Positions 61,698 through 64,000 of a stretch of DNA of 64,000 nt are shown here, one piece after another. A program made the position numbers and the translations under genes. The DNA lies in assembly GCF_006345805.1 (NCBI RefSeq), contig NC_043007.1:76632001-76696000 (forward strand). Direction: 5' to 3'. This stretch comes from Octopus sinensis (lineage: Eukaryota). Below the pieces are notes generated by a model. It was not told where the DNA came from. It made no database searches and was given only the letters and a program-made list of their open reading frames with translations. Position 1 is the first letter of the stretch; each line of letters starts with the position of its first letter.

Positions 61698-64000
61698 CTC
61701 TTGCTTTTCTATCAGGTTGGGTAATCATGTATTTCCTTCACATTTTTTTTATAGCACCAGTCCTGATTCTTTTTTGATCAGATTTAGTATATATAGGAAA
61801 GAAATGAAAACTCATCCTGGCAATGGCTAGTGAGAATGTCAAACGCATTCCAGCCTTCTTGGGCCTTGTTAATAATGTATACTTGCATCTACATGCCTAA
61901 ACAAAATAAATGGCTATTTTAATTTAATGCTGCTACAATTGCATACAATGGATTTTTGACCTAAAATGTATATGAATGCTACACATACATACATATACAT
62001 GATGGCAATGGAATTTGAAATCTGGATGTAAAGGAGTGTAACTATGTACAACAAAAGCAATTAGTCAATGATGTGCTGAATTCACTGCTTTAATTAATAA
62101 TAAAGGCGATTATTTTTGTGAAGTATTATAGTATTATTGAAATTATAACAGGCTTTTGTTTTAATTTTTAAAGAATAGACTTTTTAATTTGAAAGTTCAG
62201 TTGTATATTTTTTCTATTATTTCTTCTTATAAGATGATTATGTTGCATAATTGTTTATATAGCACATCCATGTAAACTTATACAACTCCTTGAGGCTTAA
62301 CCATACAACTTTTTAACATTTATTTAATTTTATTGCTGTTTATGAAAATGTATTGTTTATTATAGCTGCTATTTATCAGTCAGTTATCACAATCACTTGT
62401 CTACTTGTGTTGCTATTGTCTACAGCACAGTGATCTAATCAGTTGATTCAGATTAAATCTGTGCTATTGACACATCTAAAATTCAATGCCATTAACGAGT
62501 TTAAGATGTAAAAGGATTTCAAAGGTGAATGTAATGTGTGTGTGTTCAGTTGTTTTGTTCAAGTTTTTTTTTTATTCATGCTGCGTCCATTATATCCAAG
62601 CTCTTTGCTTACTTAACTGGTAATCCTACTTTATCTGCTTAAATTATTTAATCTCTTCAATGAATTCCTTCCATTCTCCATCATCAGTTGTGTAATTTCT
62701 CTCATTGCATCAGTTGCTTAATATTATTTTTACTTTAGCTCTATTACAATTAAACATTGCTTTTTCAAGTGTGTCTTCAAGTGACATATTACTCTTTTTA
62801 GCATAAACTTTTCTCTGGTGTCCATGCATCATAGATGTCACACATTCTATTTTTTTCCCCAATCACTGGGTTAACTTCTGACTTGAGAAAGGAAAGCTTT
62901 ATTTTACTCAGAACATATGAAACAAGGGCTAACTAAAATTCTGTAAACAAGCATGGATGTTTAAAACAAATTTATGAAAATGCATAGGACTGGTAAAGGG
63001 TTTAACCATTTCTTCCTCAATAAACTATACCTTTTTATTATTCTTTTATTCTTTTACATGTTTCAGCCCCATACCTGTGGCCTTGCTGGCTGTGTCTCTT
63101 GATTTCATTTTTCCTTTGAAATATTCTGACATTTTAGTTTTTGCTTATCTGTATTTTCATAAATACTTAGGAATTACATTAAAATATAAATATGAAGTGT
63201 AAATTTTTAATCGGAGAAAAATATTCAAAGTATTATTAATGACTTATTTAATAATAACAACAAAAAGTCTCCAAGAGATTAGACCTGACAACAGATTTGT
63301 TGTCATCATCTTCTTAGTCATTGTTATTGTCAATATAAATATTTTAATAATTTTAATATATTTTTGTTTTTGGAAACAAGCTGTATATTGATATCACACT
63401 TGTCTGATTTTATTTATTATATGTTACTGGTTTGAGTAATTGCACTGTGAGCATACTGACAATAGAATGTCAAGGTGCTTCTTTACTGTATTCGTATTTA
63501 AACCTTGTATATCTTCTATTGAAGAGGATCTCTTATTTTAAAGGAGGATATTGACAAGCTTTGATATTTTGAAACCTTGTCAGTTTCGGTACTAAGCCTT
63601 TATGTGCAGATGAAGGGGTGGAATGTTTGGCAATAAGCACCAATGTCCAGTTCAGGAATCTGTAACTTTCAGTTTGGTTATAGAACCTCCCAGATCTACC
63701 AGATAAATATTTCTGCACCTTACTCCCTTTATTTCAGCTGCTGCATGGAAGTAAATTTTTTGTGTAAAATATTTGGTCTGTTTCCAATTTTGTAGTGATC
63801 ATGGCACTTTTACGTAACTATAAAGGGCTGTGAAATAGCAGAATAAGTAGAGGAGTAAACAAAATACTATGTAGTATTTAGTCATATCTCTATGTTTTAA
63901 GTTCAAATATTGTTTGGATAACTTTGCCTTAAATTATTGCAGGATTGATAAAATAAGCACCAGTCAAGTTAGGGTGGGGATGCAGTTGAATCTTCTATAC

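Overview
Strongly AT-rich eukaryotic DNA, dense in microsatellites and decayed transposons. The repeat repertoire resembles octopus/cephalopod genomes; this is recognition-based inference, not verified. No complete protein-coding gene is visible. Several short plus-strand segments with canonical splice signals suggest the window is mostly intronic sequence of an unidentified gene. Recognisable content: remnants of L1/Tx1, RTE, CRE and possibly Penelope retroelements; many copies of an RTE 3' region ending in a (GAT)n tail; at least three tRNA-derived SINE families; Tc1/mariner, pogo/Tigger, piggyBac and hAT DNA-transposon remnants; and a 5S rRNA pseudogene. The most interesting signal is a small composite repeat present at two loci (47.5-48.1 kb and 56.4-56.8 kb). 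It consists of a tRNA-like Pol III head (complete at 47.6 kb, only its 3' end at 56.6 kb), an (AAT)n spacer and a ~140-nt tail carrying a minimal type I hammerhead ribozyme motif of the Penelope-associated kind. Each insertion carries an inverted copy of its own 3' end, so it folds back. A second, different hammerhead-like motif lies at 18.6 kb. No computation or database search was run; all homology calls come from reading motifs by eye.
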